From Tricharina praecox (taxonomy: Eukaryota): 64,000 nt of DNA. A program made the translations under genes and the position numbers. The stretch spans positions 558,001 through 622,000 of the forward strand of contig NW_026250419.1 of NCBI RefSeq assembly GCF_024521635.1, given 5' to 3'. Positions 47,527 through 60,734 of the stretch are shown here, one piece after another. Position 1 is the stretch's first letter, and each line of letters starts with the position of its first letter. Below the pieces are notes generated by a model, which had not been told where the DNA came from, made no database searches, and saw nothing but the letters and a program-made list of their open reading frames with translations.

Positions 47527-49852
47527 GATTGGTCCCGTCTTTCCGCCCTCCCGATGAAACCGTCCCGATGCCGTGGCTCTTAAGGGTGTAGAGATCCTGA
47601 TGCCGAGAGAGGAGGTGCTTGCCAGAGCCGTGAAGATAAGACCAATCGACTGCGGGATGAAGCAAGGGTTCTTGTGGCTCTCCCCGAAGATCGGTGGGAG
47701 TCGGGAAGCGTGAAGTGGCGCTTCACGCAGGGAGGCTCCAGTTAAACGGCTTAAGCACGTACATGTCGGTTCGGCAGCAATGGTATTGAAGAAACTGCTT
47801 TGCACCCTCACGGAATCCTCGCTTCACTGTCATTCGGGAAATCACCTTGGATCGAAAGCCATCATCGCAATTTTTTCCTAAATCTGTACATCAACGCACC
47901 TTCTTTCACCGCCGGGATTTACCGCCGCAAAACCACCTGTGGAAGTATGGAACTCGAGACACGTACCAGAGTAATCGGTTCACAATCTTGCTTTTCCACT
48001 TCACCCCGACTTCCAGTTGCCCCGTAGTATGTTTCTTTCTCGGAAGGCTCCACGACTCCCTCGTGTGGGACTCTTGATCGAAGGTGAAGGAATCTGTCAG
48101 CGCGATGCAGGGAAGACAGATACATGCTATTCCACCCAAGCATGAGTCCTACCATTTGATCCGATCAGTCGACTGGCTTCTTCAAGATGAGGATTCTCTG
48201 CTGATAATCCGTACACATGTCGTCGTTAGGGATATCGTTGGTGAAGCCAGTGACCGACAACCGTCGGAGTGAGGAGTTGATAGGGACTCCCTCGACGAGC
48301 CTGACGAGACGATTCGTCCTGTTGGCAGCGGTCTAGACGTAGCCGGCATGCCGCAGGTGGAGTTCTCGAAGCCGTAGATGTACCTGAAGTTGGTGTCGTT
48401 GCAGCCGTGGATACACGTTGCTCGAAACAAATCCTGTCACATCTGGATAACATTATCAGTAAGTTCCGGGAGAAGGAGCGGAAAGTTTCATCACCCACCG
48501 GTGCATAGTACCTCAATAGTGTGAGTGATTTCATGTCTCTTCGGGCCCATATCAAACGGATAATCGAGATTGTGCGTAGAATCGGTAATCAATTAGTCGA
48601 AAGTGGGAAGGATTTCGAGCTCGTGAGTACTAGCATTAGGCGTAAACGGAGAGCATGACGGGGTGTTGCAAGTATTATCATGTAGCATCTGGTGAGATAC
48701 CTGGCGAAGACATGCAAGTAGACGCTCAAAACAACCTCGACGTGGCCATAGAAGGCGTGGAGCTAAAGCGACTCAGGTTATCATCATTCCAATTTCTCAA
48801 AGCTAGTATTTGGAAGGTGATCAATATACCTGGAGCCACGGAGCATTTCAGTGGCTAAATGCTGGGAGATCCGATACTCTGTCCACAGACCATTGGTGGT
48901 GAGGTCAAAGTATCCGACTAGGTGCTCCGCTATCGTTGGAACAGGCTGTAGATCTGGCGCCGAGTACCAATAGGCACTCTCACGACGTGAGAAATGATGA
49001 TATACCGAGAGCACACCGAGAGAGACCGGGAATGGGAGGGGAGGAGATACATAGCCAGGCCAAAAAGAGTAGATGGAGAGGAAAATAGAAGGGAACGGAT
49101 GAAGAAAAAGAAACTGAATAGAGGAGAAGGAATAATGAACTCATGGCCAAGGGAGAACGAATATATATGGTATATGCTCAGATTACCACTCTCAAGACTA
49201 GAAGGTGAAAAAACGATGTGTAGTTGTTTGAACAGATGGGTTCGATCGAACGGAGCAAAGCAGGGACGGTGGGTGGAAGTGCTCTCTGTGAACTCGATTA
49301 GGAATGGCGGCAGAAACTGTTCTGTCCTTTGAGCCACTTACGCAGGATCGGGGCCCGTGGCGGGTAGCCAGTGAGACTTCGCTGAATAGTACGAAATGAA
49401 CAAATACATGATATTAGAAGTTAAATCTCACCAGGAAGGTTCTCTCATAGTATCTTGGGTTCCTCGAGCATTGTGAACAAGTTCGGGGTGTTTTATCAGT
49501 TTGATGTTCTGTCTGGCTGTCCTAAAACGTACAGTCAATAGAAGGAAGAGGAGGGTAGAATGGCCGGGAAACATCTGCTTTTGAATAGCTGCGTCTATAC
49601 AACTACCACAACCCATCCGCTCTCTACCCAGCCCACCCCTTCTTTGCTTCTACCCAATCCACCCCTCCTCCTTTGCTTCTGAAATTCATCCATCTTCCCC
49701 CATCGTCCCTCATCATACCCTTCTGATCTTCTCTTCCATATCTTTGCTAGTTGTTCTGATCAACAGCTCTCTGGTTCCTTCTAGCTACCGTCCGAGATTG
49801 TTCATCCAGGCTTTTCGATTCCCGGTCTCGGACACATCCAACTGCTTTCAAG

Positions 49853-52008
49853 ATGGCTGAACACTCTGGCAATGGTGAGTTTGAGATGAACGAACTCCCT
49901 ACCGGCCATTATCATGGCATTGAAGTTGAATCCGAAACGAACGAACTCCCTTCCGGAAACGCTCATGCTCAGGCTCATGAGGACCACCGCCCCCGCCACC
50001 CCCACGGCACTGGAACCTACTCGTTTGTTATGAGAGTCAACCGACCGGCAGCCAACTTCTCCGAGAACGTTGCTCACCCCCCAGCAACAATTGACCCGCA
50101 GCAGGACAGAGCCCGTCCTCGGGTCCTCTATATGGGTTACGATCCTGCTGACAACCTTGATCCGCTGAACGTATGATCCATTCATTCTACCCTGCGGATT
50201 TATGTTCTCCCTCAGGCCCATCTGCTAACTCCCACAGTGGCTGAGAGGCAGGAAGTACCTTTTTCTAGCTACTATATGTTTCATGAGCTTTCTCACGGAC
50301 TTCTTGTCCGGATATGGCGTATGTTCACTCTAATCCTGCAATGTGGTTTCGCTACGAAGAACTCATGCTCCAGGTGCCCATGATGCTTCCGCAGAGCCAG
50401 GAGTGGGGTGTTTCCCTCATCGACGTGACCCGTTCCTTGACGGGTAACACATTCGTAAGTTGATCTTGAATAGTACATCGAGGGGACAGGTATCTAATTA
50501 TTGTTAGACTCAGGGACTTGGCAGTGTACTGACGATCCCCTTTGCTCAACGCTACGGAGTGTTCGTCTCTCAAGCCACAACTCGTCCCGAATGATTACTG
50601 ATGATTATTAGCTTACCTGTTATGTTCTGGTGTACTTCGATGACGCTCATGTTCACCATACTCTGTGCGGTTTCTCCGAATTGGATTGGCTCCATCGCCA
50701 TCCGTGTACTTCAAGGATTCTTTTCCTCGGCTCCCCAGGTCCTAGGACTAACGATCATCCAAGAGATGTAAGTAGGGTTCACAACATTGCGTTGGACTCT
50801 GTTCATGCTGACTCATTTGAGGTTTATTTTCGAGGAGCATGCCAGGATGATTGGTATTTGGGGCTGGTCTGTTCTGGTAAGCTGCCTGAAGATGTCAACT
50901 CCGGACGGTACACTGACTGAAGATACCAGATTGGTCCATACTTCGGACCCTTCATGGGTTCGTTCATCCTGAAGGCACTTACCTGGCGTCAGGCATGGTG
51001 GGTTGCTGTCGGCTTAGTTGCCTTTGGGCTTCTTCTGGTCATTCTGATCCTCGAAGAAACGGGTTATGACCGTGTCAATCGGTTCAATAATCCCCTTCAC
51101 CCTGGAGGCTACTTTGAAGACAAAGTGTTCACCCTCTCGGGGATGATGGGGTACGAGGCCGGAGGCCGGAAGAAGTTTTTTCAGGCGGTTCATGACATCT
51201 GGCTGGTCTTCCGGCAGCCACAATTTGTCTTGCTATGTGAGTGCTCGTCAACTATTTGATTTCTGAAGAAAACTGACGTCTTCTGCAGTCATTTACCACG
51301 GTACGACGTACATGTGGACTGTAGGGCTCAATGGAACTTTGATTTCATACCTGGTACCCACAGTTTCAAAAGGGGGGTACGGATTTGATACGGTCGGCCT
51401 TGGGTTGATCTACTTTGCGCCCATTGTGGCGATAATTCTGGGCGAGCTCTTCGGCCATTTCGTATGTCACATTCTCGTCCCCTTCAGTTCGTAACGACAG
51501 GGCTAACATCATCTTCAAGTTCAACGAAGCGCTGCAAAACCGTTCTATTCGGAGGAACCAAGGGATCTTTAAGCCCGAGGACCGTCTCTGGGGACTGTAC
51601 CACGCCTCACCGTTGATGACCCTCGGACTGATCCTCGTTGGCTTCTCGCTTGAGAGGCATTGGCACTGGTCCGTGGTCGCTGTCACTTGGGGTCTCTTCG
51701 TCTTCGCTGCGATGACGAGCACCGTTGTGATCTCCGCATATGTCCTGGACTGCTTCCCCGAGCAATCCGCAATCACCGCTGCGCTGCTCAACTTCAGTCG
51801 CGTGTTCTTTGGCTTCCTCGCCCCGATCTTCCAGAAGACTTGGAGCAACAAGGTTGGAGCCGATTGGAGCTTTACAACCCAAGGTTTCATCTGCTTGTTG
51901 GCTCTGCTATTGGTTATTACTGTCCAGCGCTTTGGAAAGAACTGGAGAACCAAAGGAGAAATGGGACCCTCCATGATTATGCTTCAGCACGGAGCTACGG
52001 CTCGTTGA
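49853..52008 (+). CDS. MFS transporter (DHA1/drug:H+ antiporter-like), multi-intron
   Basis: DPLN|W…RKY, FAQRYGVLPVMFW, IRVLQGFF, FEEHARMIGIW, GPYFGPFMG, LEETGYDR, GGYGF, KPEDRLW, AYVLDCFP, NFSR; about 8 GT-AG introns (for example 50171-50236 and 50455-50507). Confidence 0.88.
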
Positions 52009-53107
52009 TCGGTTGTGCCTGCGTTGCGCGCAGTTGATGAGGTTGACACGATATGATGTTGATTGGTTGATTTGTGTTTTTTTCCCCTGAATTTCTTTGA
52101 GAGGGAGTTCATTTGTGGCACGCTTTTCAGTCTTTTTTTTCCTGTCTTTTCCTGAACAGCCCGGAGAGATTCGTTGGTTAGGTTGTTTTATGGCCTGACT
52201 GAATCGTTTTCCGAGTTCCCGACGTCTTCCGAGATCCTTTCGAGAGGATGGCAAATACAGAAAGGAACTAGTTCCCCTCACCCCTCAGCCCCGCAACATC
52301 TAGCTCTCAGCCACGGTCAAGTTTGGCTAGGATTAGATTTTGTCTGCTTAAGGATTGACGATAGGATGACCGGAAAAGTTTCTGTGCTTTCAGAAGGGGG
52401 ATGCGTTTGCTTTTTACTTTCGGGAAGGGGGATGCGTTTGCTTTTTTTTACTTGGTTGAAATATTCTTGATGACAATACTGTACGACACGATGGGAAGAA
52501 CCTGGACTGCAACATCTCGAATTCAACATGGTTGCACACTGCGAATTTTTACGATTGAATGATGATCAAAGAACTTGACTCTGCACATAATTGCTCGGAG
52601 AACAGAACTTCGGATACGAGCTTCGGTGTTGCGTGGTTTTGATGATACCTACGTGCATTCTAAGTAGGTATTGAAAGCAGAACTCACAATACCTATCTCA
52701 TCTGTCATGCCCTAAAGACTCGCAGAGAACTATAATTTCTCGAATTGAATCCAGTTCTCTGTGCTAGTGATGAAGATAAATCAACGTGCATCAGCCTTCT
52801 TCTATTCTCCTCCCTCAGTTTTCACCAACTTAAACCTTAAGCCTCCAGGCTGCAGCACTAGTTAGAACTCCCACCTACCTAGATAGTACGCACACTACTG
52901 TGAGCGGCCCGAGCTGCATCCCAATTTCGCTTCGCCCTTGTCATTTCCATCCAGGAGGACAGCCGGGTTTTTCTAAACAAGGCCGAGCAGCAGCAGCGGT
53001 GGAAACTACCACTCTCCAGCTGGCAGACACTCCCTCCCTCCTCCCATTCACTCGACGGGGACAACACAAGAACAACAACCCAACGACCCACCACCACGGG
53101 AGCAAAA

Positions 53108-53816
53108 ATGTTCAACACCCTTCTCGACCTCCTCAAAACCTCCCCCTTGAACTTCTGCTGCATCGGCTCGCCTCCCGAATCGCCGCGGCTGACCCCGCGA
53201 GTCGTAATCACCCGCTCCCCCTCCCCAGAAACCTGCGGAAAAGCGACCACGACATCCGCAGTTCCCAGCAGCCGCCGGCGGCTCGACCCTCGCGGAGCCC
53301 GTGGCCCCTTCCCCGTCACCGTCGAGCACCTCGAAGATGTCATCGAAGACGTCGTGATCGCGCCCGGCGTGGCCGAGGCGCAGCGGGCTGTGGTCGTTGC
53401 GTCGCCTCCTGCCACGGCAAAGGGGAGGAGTGTCAGCGAGAACAACATCACTGCGAACGCTGGGAAGAGGATGAGTGGGATCGGATGGCATGGCCGCCAT
53501 TCTAGCAGCGACTCCAAGATGACAAAGCCGAAAACTCCTAAGACTCCAAAGACGCCGAAGAGGAAACATGCCAGGGGCGTGTCCGCGGCGAGCTCGAGGC
53601 CGCCTATCACACCCGTCAGGCTCAATGGTCATGCTAGGCAGATTAGTAATGCTTCCATCACGAGTATGGGGAGTGTTTTGGGCGAAGAGTGGGTTTCTCA
53701 TCTTTCTTCTACATGGTTGCTGGTGCTGATAAGGAATTAGGATGAAACGCGGCTATCTAAGCGCCATCTGGATGCTGGAGCGAGATGATCAGGAGGCCGC
53801 CGCCCTGGGGCGGTAA
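53108..53816 (+). CDS. Hypothetical protein (Ser/Pro/Arg-rich, probably disordered)
   Basis: ATG in AAAATG context; intron 53689-53740 restores the frame to …EEMKRGYLSAIWMLERDDQEAAALGR*. Confidence 0.55.
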
Positions 53817-54764
53817 TCCATACAGCTGGCTGTCTGTTGGGGAGGGGGGAAGTGGACGGTGATTAATGGACAGGTCCGGCACGTGGAGTTCGGCGTGGGA
53901 GGAGTTTGCAATTTCTTAACGGCGGCATTTTCATTATTAGATACTTATCGAGACTCGAAACCCCCATCATCCCCATCCCCCTCCATTCCCCACACCGCTC
54001 AAGCAGCAGCCCATTTTTGTATAATACGTTCGTTTAATCCTCAATTTACAGTAGTTCGTTCAATTCGTTCACATCTCCCTCTCTCCCCTCCATCCTCTCC
54101 CCCCTCCACCGCGGCCATAAAGCTATAGTTTTGGACCAACAGCACTCTTGCCACCAGCAGGGTTCCACACATATCCCTCAGCAACAGGGCTCGTTCTCAT
54201 TGAGGAGTCGACAATGGTCCCACGCATACCACCGAAGGCAACGCCCGGCTTGCCGAGCTTATCGGTGAAGAACACAGGGTGCAGGATTGAGGGATTGTAG
54301 CGTTGCTGCTGCTGGGACGTGTTAGTAAGGTCAGGAGACCAGAAGGGCAGGAACCGACGACGGTGGGTGGGAGGGGGAACGTACGCTGGGAGTGCCGGAG
54401 GCGGTGGGACGGTGCGAAGGGGAGGTTAATGTTGTGAACATTGTTTTGCTGGAGTTCTTTTCGCGTTTTCGTGCGTATGTGGTTCGTGGGGGAGGAAGTG
54501 ATCGTGGTGAGACGCGTCGTGGACTCTGGAGGTGAGGTGAAGCTGTCAGCTGTAGCTTGGGGACGCGAACAGGTCTGCAGTAGCACAGCACGAGTCCGAA
54601 CCCTTACCTCGGCATTCACCGGCAGGGGCAGGCAGGCTGTGACATCATCTTCACTCGAAATCATTCGATTCGAAAAATATCGTCAAAAATATTATTCGAC
54701 TGAGGTCTTTTTATCGTCGCAAATTATACCCCTATACATTCACATTACATGGTCCCCTCCTCCC

Positions 54765-56492
54765 TTAAAATTCACCAAAGACCGCTCCCTCCTTCCCTCC
54801 TTTCTCGCCCAGCCTAATGAATCTATCAATGCCCTCGGGCACCTCCTCAGATACATGACTTACAACGACCATAGCCTGCCTTCCCTCATCCCATCCGCGC
54901 TCGGTCTGCAGGAGACCAAAGCACCGCTCCCGCACCTCCTTCCGCATGCCACTGAACGCCTCATCGAAGATCGTCAGATCCCGCTTCGGCGCCGTAGCTC
55001 GCAGAAATAGCGCCAAACGCTGCGTGCTCATGTCTGCGTCGCCAAATGGCATATCCCAGTCTCCCACTAGATCTTGAAACTCGGCGAGGATGGCAGTGAG
55101 GTGCTCGCGCTGCGAGGGTGATATCTCGGGTATTGTGAGGAATGTGGCTGCGAAACCGGATTCAACGCAGCGACGGAGGGATAGGTGCCGTGGGAAGAAG
55201 GAGTGCAGTTCTGGTGATGATAGGCCAATCCGGGATTGTACCTCAAAGACGCTGATGCCGCGTTGGCCAGGTTCGGGAAGGCGCGGACGGGAAAAGTGCT
55301 TTATAGGCAGGGAGTAGGTTAGTGGATGATCCGATGTGAGGAGTGAGGTTAATGTTGTCTTGCCGGAACCTGAGTGTGGATCAGTATGTGTGGTTGGAAA
55401 TCATTGGGACATAGGCATACCGTTCGGTCCGAAGAGACCCCACTTCTCACCGCGTCGGATCGTCCACGAGAAATCGGATAAGATGACGTTGTCGTAGTAG
55501 GCAATCTTGATGCCTTCCATTTCGACGAGAGGTTCTGCGAGTTTCTTCTCTGGTGGAGATGATGGATTGAGTTTCCCTATTCCTGCCCATGCCTTTTCAA
55601 CCACTCCAAGACCTTCACGATCTTCGTCGCCTTCTAGGAGTATTCTCTTGCCCTGATTCTTGACTTCCGAGATGACGTTTTCCTTCTCGCCCAGAGAGAC
55701 CACCTTGTCATCTTCCACATACACCAGATGCGTCGACCACTTCGGCACCGGATCCTGCGGCCTCAGTCCCAACGCCACTGGCGTGGCACTTCCACCCGCT
55801 GCTGGCGTCGAAACGCGATCCAGCAACTCCGACAAAAGTGTATGACCCTTCGGATCCAACCCCATAAACGGCTCATCAACCAGGAGTAGCTCTGGGCGTT
55901 TCAAAAGTGCCTGGGCGATCCTCGCTCGCCTCGACTGCCCATTACTCAGCGTCATAACCGCCTGGTCCTTTAGCTCCACCAAGCGCAGCTCCACCATCAC
56001 CCGATCCAGTAACTGTTTATTCTCTTCAGCCTCCTGCGCCTCCTCTGCCAGCCGCTGCGACGTCGCGCTTTCGTACGGGTTCAGTCGCGACTCGATGCTA
56101 GATTCTAGCCATTCAAAGAGTGTCTGGTCAAATTGTTCACGCAGCGTCTCGTAGCGCGCGGAGATGTAGCCGTCCCCACCGGTGCCGCCATGGAGCATTC
56201 CCTGAGTTGACCCCCCGCCGAAGGAGACCAATTCGATGGAATTGTGTGGCCATTTCTTGTGTGCGGAGAGGAACGGGTAGCTACGCGAGTTGGGCGGCGA
56301 GGCGAGGAGGGAGCCGCGCAGGATCGAGAGGAAAGTTGACTTGGAGGGACCGAGGATTGCCCATTTCTGTGTGGGCGTGGAGGTAGTGGATGCGGGGAGT
56401 GTGAAGGTGGTGTTGGCGAAGAGTGCGGCGGAGGTGGGGGTGCGGCGGAAGGCGGCGGTGCGCAGGGAGATGAGAGGAGGCGGCCTAGTCAT
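54765..56492 (-). CDS. Soluble twin-NBD ABC ATPase (ModF / yeast YDR061W-like), no TM domains
   Basis: LSNGQSRRARIAQALLKRPELLLVDEPFMGLD; intron 55370-55420 splits GPNG|SGKTT; LLTSDHP, SPELHSFFPRHL, IFDEAFSGM, VVVSH. Confidence 0.88.
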
Positions 56493-57009
56493 CGTGGGTC
56501 AGTCTTTGGGTATCTCTGTAAATCTTTTTCTAGCTGTTTGATTCTCTTTCTGTTTTCATTGAAGTAGGAGGAGGTGTGGATATGACTGACCGGAGATATG
56601 GAAGGTGAGTAAGTAACAGCTACCTACCTAGAAGAAAAGACCGGTCGGGGGTGAGGTGGGGAGAACGGCACATCTCATTCCGAGTCGATTGTATGGCTGT
56701 TGGCAATACCATGACTCCTCGAATCTGTGACGATTTACAGTTGCAAGCAGAGCCAACAATTCTTGATGGCAATTGAATCCGGACAGTCCGTAATGAATCC
56801 ATCGTCAGAGGCAACCATTCTCACGTCACACAGCAAAAACACACCGTGCATAGACGGGAAACTGAAACCATAACTAACCCCCCATCCTTGCCTCGAACTG
56901 CGACGCGCTACAGATCGCGAACCCTCGGTCGACATCATCTCAAACCCACCACCTTCCAACACCTCCATATGCGAACCAACCTCCCCGCCACGCTCGAACC
57001 GATACCCAA

Positions 57010-59255
57010 ATGCTCCACGAGCTCTTCCTACTACTCTCCGGAAACCCATCGCCGCTGCTCACCGCAAATGGCCTCCTTAAATCCTTCCCCCTCGTTTCGC
57101 CCTCGGAAAGGTACCGACCCCCTCCCCGCCGTAGCGGAGCAAGCACCAACGCATCTAACTCTCCTTCTTCACTAGAGCTCTATTAGATAACTTCTCGAAC
57201 CTCGGCCACCTCCATATCTCTCTGCGACGTGCTTGCTCCAGCATCACTACCTCGCACCCCTCAACGATCGCGCGCGCAGTAGCAAGCGGCATCGAAACAC
57301 ACCATCTGCAGCGCTTTCGCACGCGAATACTGGCTGTCGAGGAGTCTATACTGAAGCGACAAACCGGGATTGTCGATGGTTATGATATCGTGTCACTAGC
57401 GAAAGTTATGAGCGGATTTGACGGGTGGGATAGGATACTGCGGTATCTTAGCGACCTTGTGGAGGCGATCGCACCGAGTAAGGAAAAGGATGGGGTCCAT
57501 ATGTCCGGCGCGGAGATTATAAACAGATTGCGGAAGGATATTTACACTGGTTATCCGTCGCTGGAGGAGGCATCGTTGCACCTACTCGAGATCGCTGAGA
57601 CAGCGTGGTTGCGGGAGATATCGACGTGGGTGCTGTACGGTCGGCTTCCGTCGTCATCCACATACGGGAGCAGTAGCCCATCCACGGACTTCTTCATCAC
57701 GGAGGTTGAGGGAGATGTAGTGCAGAACCCAGGCGGTGAGGAGGAAATGGGCGTGCTGAAGGAATACACAATCAACAAGAGACTTCTTCCCGGATTCGTC
57801 ACGGCACAGACTGCTTCGTCGATCGTGTTTATCGGGCGCGCGCTATCGATGATCAGGCTTCGTGGTGGATTGGCCGCAACAAACGAGTCGACCGCGGCTG
57901 TCGCATCACCTGAGATGACACTGCTACCGATGCATCTGACGTTCTTGCAATCCCTCAAATCACCACTCACGCCACAGAAGCTCACAAACGCCATCGCGGC
58001 AATAAGATTGTCGCTGTCGAGACATACCCTGCAAACTCTCCTGCCAGCGGAGAAGGTTCTAGACGCCATCCATGTCCTGCGCGAGTTCTTCCTTCTCGGC
58101 CGTGGAGAATTCGCACTCAACCTGATTGAGCAGTCTTCTGAGCGTGTTCGCAACCGATGGCGTCGGCCCGGTGCATTGAAGGCTCCCACGGGCGGTGTAC
58201 TGATCAAGGAGGGCGAGGTATCAGCGATTCTAACACGCACCTGGGGCGTTCTCTCCTCCCTACAAGGCGAAGAAGTGATCGACGAGCGTCTCGACACGGC
58301 ACGAGATCTACTATTCCTTTCCCTCTACCAGCCACCAGCATCCACGCCAGGCAAGAAATCTGGGGACAGCTTTAAAGATATCCTCGTAGGCGTGCCAATA
58401 TCTCTCAATTTCCACCTCTCTTGGCCGCTGGAGCTATTTCTACAGCCTACCGATCTAGAGGATTACGACTCCATCTTTGCATACCTTATCGCGGTGCGGA
58501 AAGCACAGATGCGTCTACAGAGTCTTTGGCAAGGCCGGCGGCAACCAGTGCAAACCCATGTCACCAAAGAAGAACGCATCAGCCGCAAAGCCGTCTTCCG
58601 TGAGCGCGAAGCCAAAGAGAGGAAGATCTGGGCCACCGCCTCCGTCACGATATTCTTCCTCGAGACCCTAGTCTCCTACTGGCAAGGCGAGGTGATCGAA
58701 AGTGCTTTCAAATCACTAGTCGACATCGTCTCACCGCCACAGGCAACTGCCGATGACGACGATGAGGATGAAGGTGATATCTGGCGGCATACATCAACCA
58801 TGCTATCGTCGTCTTCGCGCCCCAGTATTGATGAGGCCACTCTCCAAGACATCGACCACGACCAGAAACAGCAGGATCCCGAAAGTCTCATGCGAGCCCA
58901 CTACGCGTACCTTGTCTCCATCCGGAGGAATCTTTTCATGGAGGATATTGTCTTCGCTCCGCTCATCAAGAACCTCCTGCAGCAATGTGATGTGATGGCC
59001 GGCGGGATAGAACGACTGAGACATCGATATACGATACAGGATTTGGACGTCCAGAACCTCATGATGGGCGATGAGGAGTCGGCTAGGCAGGCGGTGCTGG
59101 AAAGGTGTAGGGGGGTCACAGCACTACTAAAGCAGTTGATGGGGAGACTGCACCGGATCGACGAGGAACGGGAAGAGTGGGATGATGGAAGGGGGGAGGG
59201 TGCGAAGGTGGATCGATTGCTTATGAGGATGGATTTGGGGAATCTGGATGCGTAA
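57010..59255 (+). CDS. gcpD: Gamma-tubulin ring complex component, Spc97/Spc98 family, GCP4-like
   Basis: MLHELFLLLSG start typical of GCP4; intron 57111-57175; W..YG.LP, LPGFV…ASSIVFIGR, LREFFLLGRGEF, WPLELFL…Y..IFAYL, LMRAH..YL, DRLLMRMD. Confidence 0.85.
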
Positions 59256-59447
59256 ACAGCGTGGAGGGAGTGAGGGAGTTTGGAGTTAGGGGCTTTTTGA
59301 TTACTGGCGGAGCAGGATTGTACTTCGCGGCTGTTTACATCATTCGGATGAGGTGAAGAAAGATTGAATTGCAGTAACACGTCTCTTCCAGATATCCAAA
59401 TGATTGCGTTTTGCTTCTTTTCACTACATACCACTCACAAACTAGTC

Positions 59448-60251
59448 CTAGACCATCATCAAGTTTCCACCCCCCACCGCCAGCACCTGTCCCGTCACCC
59501 AGGCGGCCCCCGGACTGACTAAAAACTCGATCACTCCCGCCACATCATTAGGAACCCCCAACCTCGGCGCCGCAGGATTCTGCTTTGCCTTCGCCTCCCA
59601 GAACTCCTGGCGGTCCTTTGGCAGCTGCTCGTACAAATCCGTGCGCATCATGCCCAATGCCAGGGCATTGACCGTCATCCCGCCGTACTTCTGCCCCAAC
59701 TCCACCGCCCACGTTCTCGTCATACTCTCGAGCGCCGCCTTGGACGCACTATACGCGGTGGTGTTCGGCCGGCCGAGATGCGAGCCCTCGCTGCTGATGT
59801 TGATGATCCTGCCCGTTCCCGACGTTGAGAAATGCGGCAGCAGCGCAGAGACCAGCAGCGCGGGGAACAGTGTGTTCGCCGTTAACGTCGGCATGAGGGT
59901 CTCGGCGAAATTCGCGGCCGACAGCGAGGAGAGGGTGGATAGCCCCGCGTTGTTGACGAGGATGTCGACCTTCCGCCCGCCCAGCGCGGCGAGGATCTGC
60001 GCGATGGAGGGCTCCGGCGTGAGGATGTTTGCTGATACGCCGGTGAACGACGGGAGAACCTGCGTGAGACGCTCGGCTGCCGCGGTGGAGGTGTTGTATG
60101 TGCCGATCACCGAACAACCCAGGGAGGAGAGGGCAAGCGCTATTTCGAGCCCGATGCCGCGGGTGGCGCCGGTGACTATGGCGACACGGCCCGAGAGGGT
60201 CTGCGGCTTGTTGGTGTCTAGCTTGAAGGTTTCGGCGAAGATGTTGGTCAT
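59448..60251 (-). CDS. Short-chain dehydrogenase/reductase (FabG-like classical SDR)
   Basis: VAIVTGATRGIG, DILVNNAG, GRIINISS, YSASK, VTGQVLAVGGG. The ATG at 60251 was chosen; the ORF extends to 60317 only from a non-ATG codon. Confidence 0.92.
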   Translation of the reverse strand: MTNIFAETFKLDTNKPQTLSGRVAIVTGATRGIGLEIALALSSLGCSVIGTYNTSTAAAERLTQVLPSFTGVSANILTPEPSIAQILAALGGRKVDILVNNAGLSTLSSLSAANFAETLMPTLTANTLFPALLVSALLPHFSTSGTGRIINISSEGSHLGRPNTTAYSASKAALESMTRTWAVELGQKYGGMTVNALALGMMRTDLYEQLPKDRQEFWEAKAKQNPAAPRLGVPNDVAGVIEFLVSPGAAWVTGQVLAVGGGNLMMV

Positions 60252-60734
60252 TGTGGCGATTGATTTCGATGGTTGAGGGAGGTTGGATGATAGGAATGGC
60301 GATATACGGCTGAACAATGGCTTGAGGTTTCATACAAGCGGGGGGTTCGGGCGGTTTTTATACCCCCTCTCCATACAGCTCCCCACGGCCCTTATGATCA
60401 ACATACCCGAAAGGCGGGGGAAGTTACCACGACAAAAGCGGGGCAGTCGGTTCAATCGAATAATCTACCGTATTTGACCCCCATAGTAGTTACCTGCACG
60501 ACAACGTGTAGCCCCGCTCTAACGCAGAACCATCAGCTGGAGCTCTCTTGGGCCATTGTGACTCTTAGTGCTGCTTGCGGAACATCGGGATTTGGGTTTT
60601 GACCGCAGGTCGCATATGCGTAAGGCAGACAGACGAATGTTCCATCCACCATCATTGGCTGCCGCAGCTGGGCGTTTACCGGTCATGAAAATAACTCGTT
60701 TCGGGGGATTGCACGTGGAACTCGCGTTCATATT

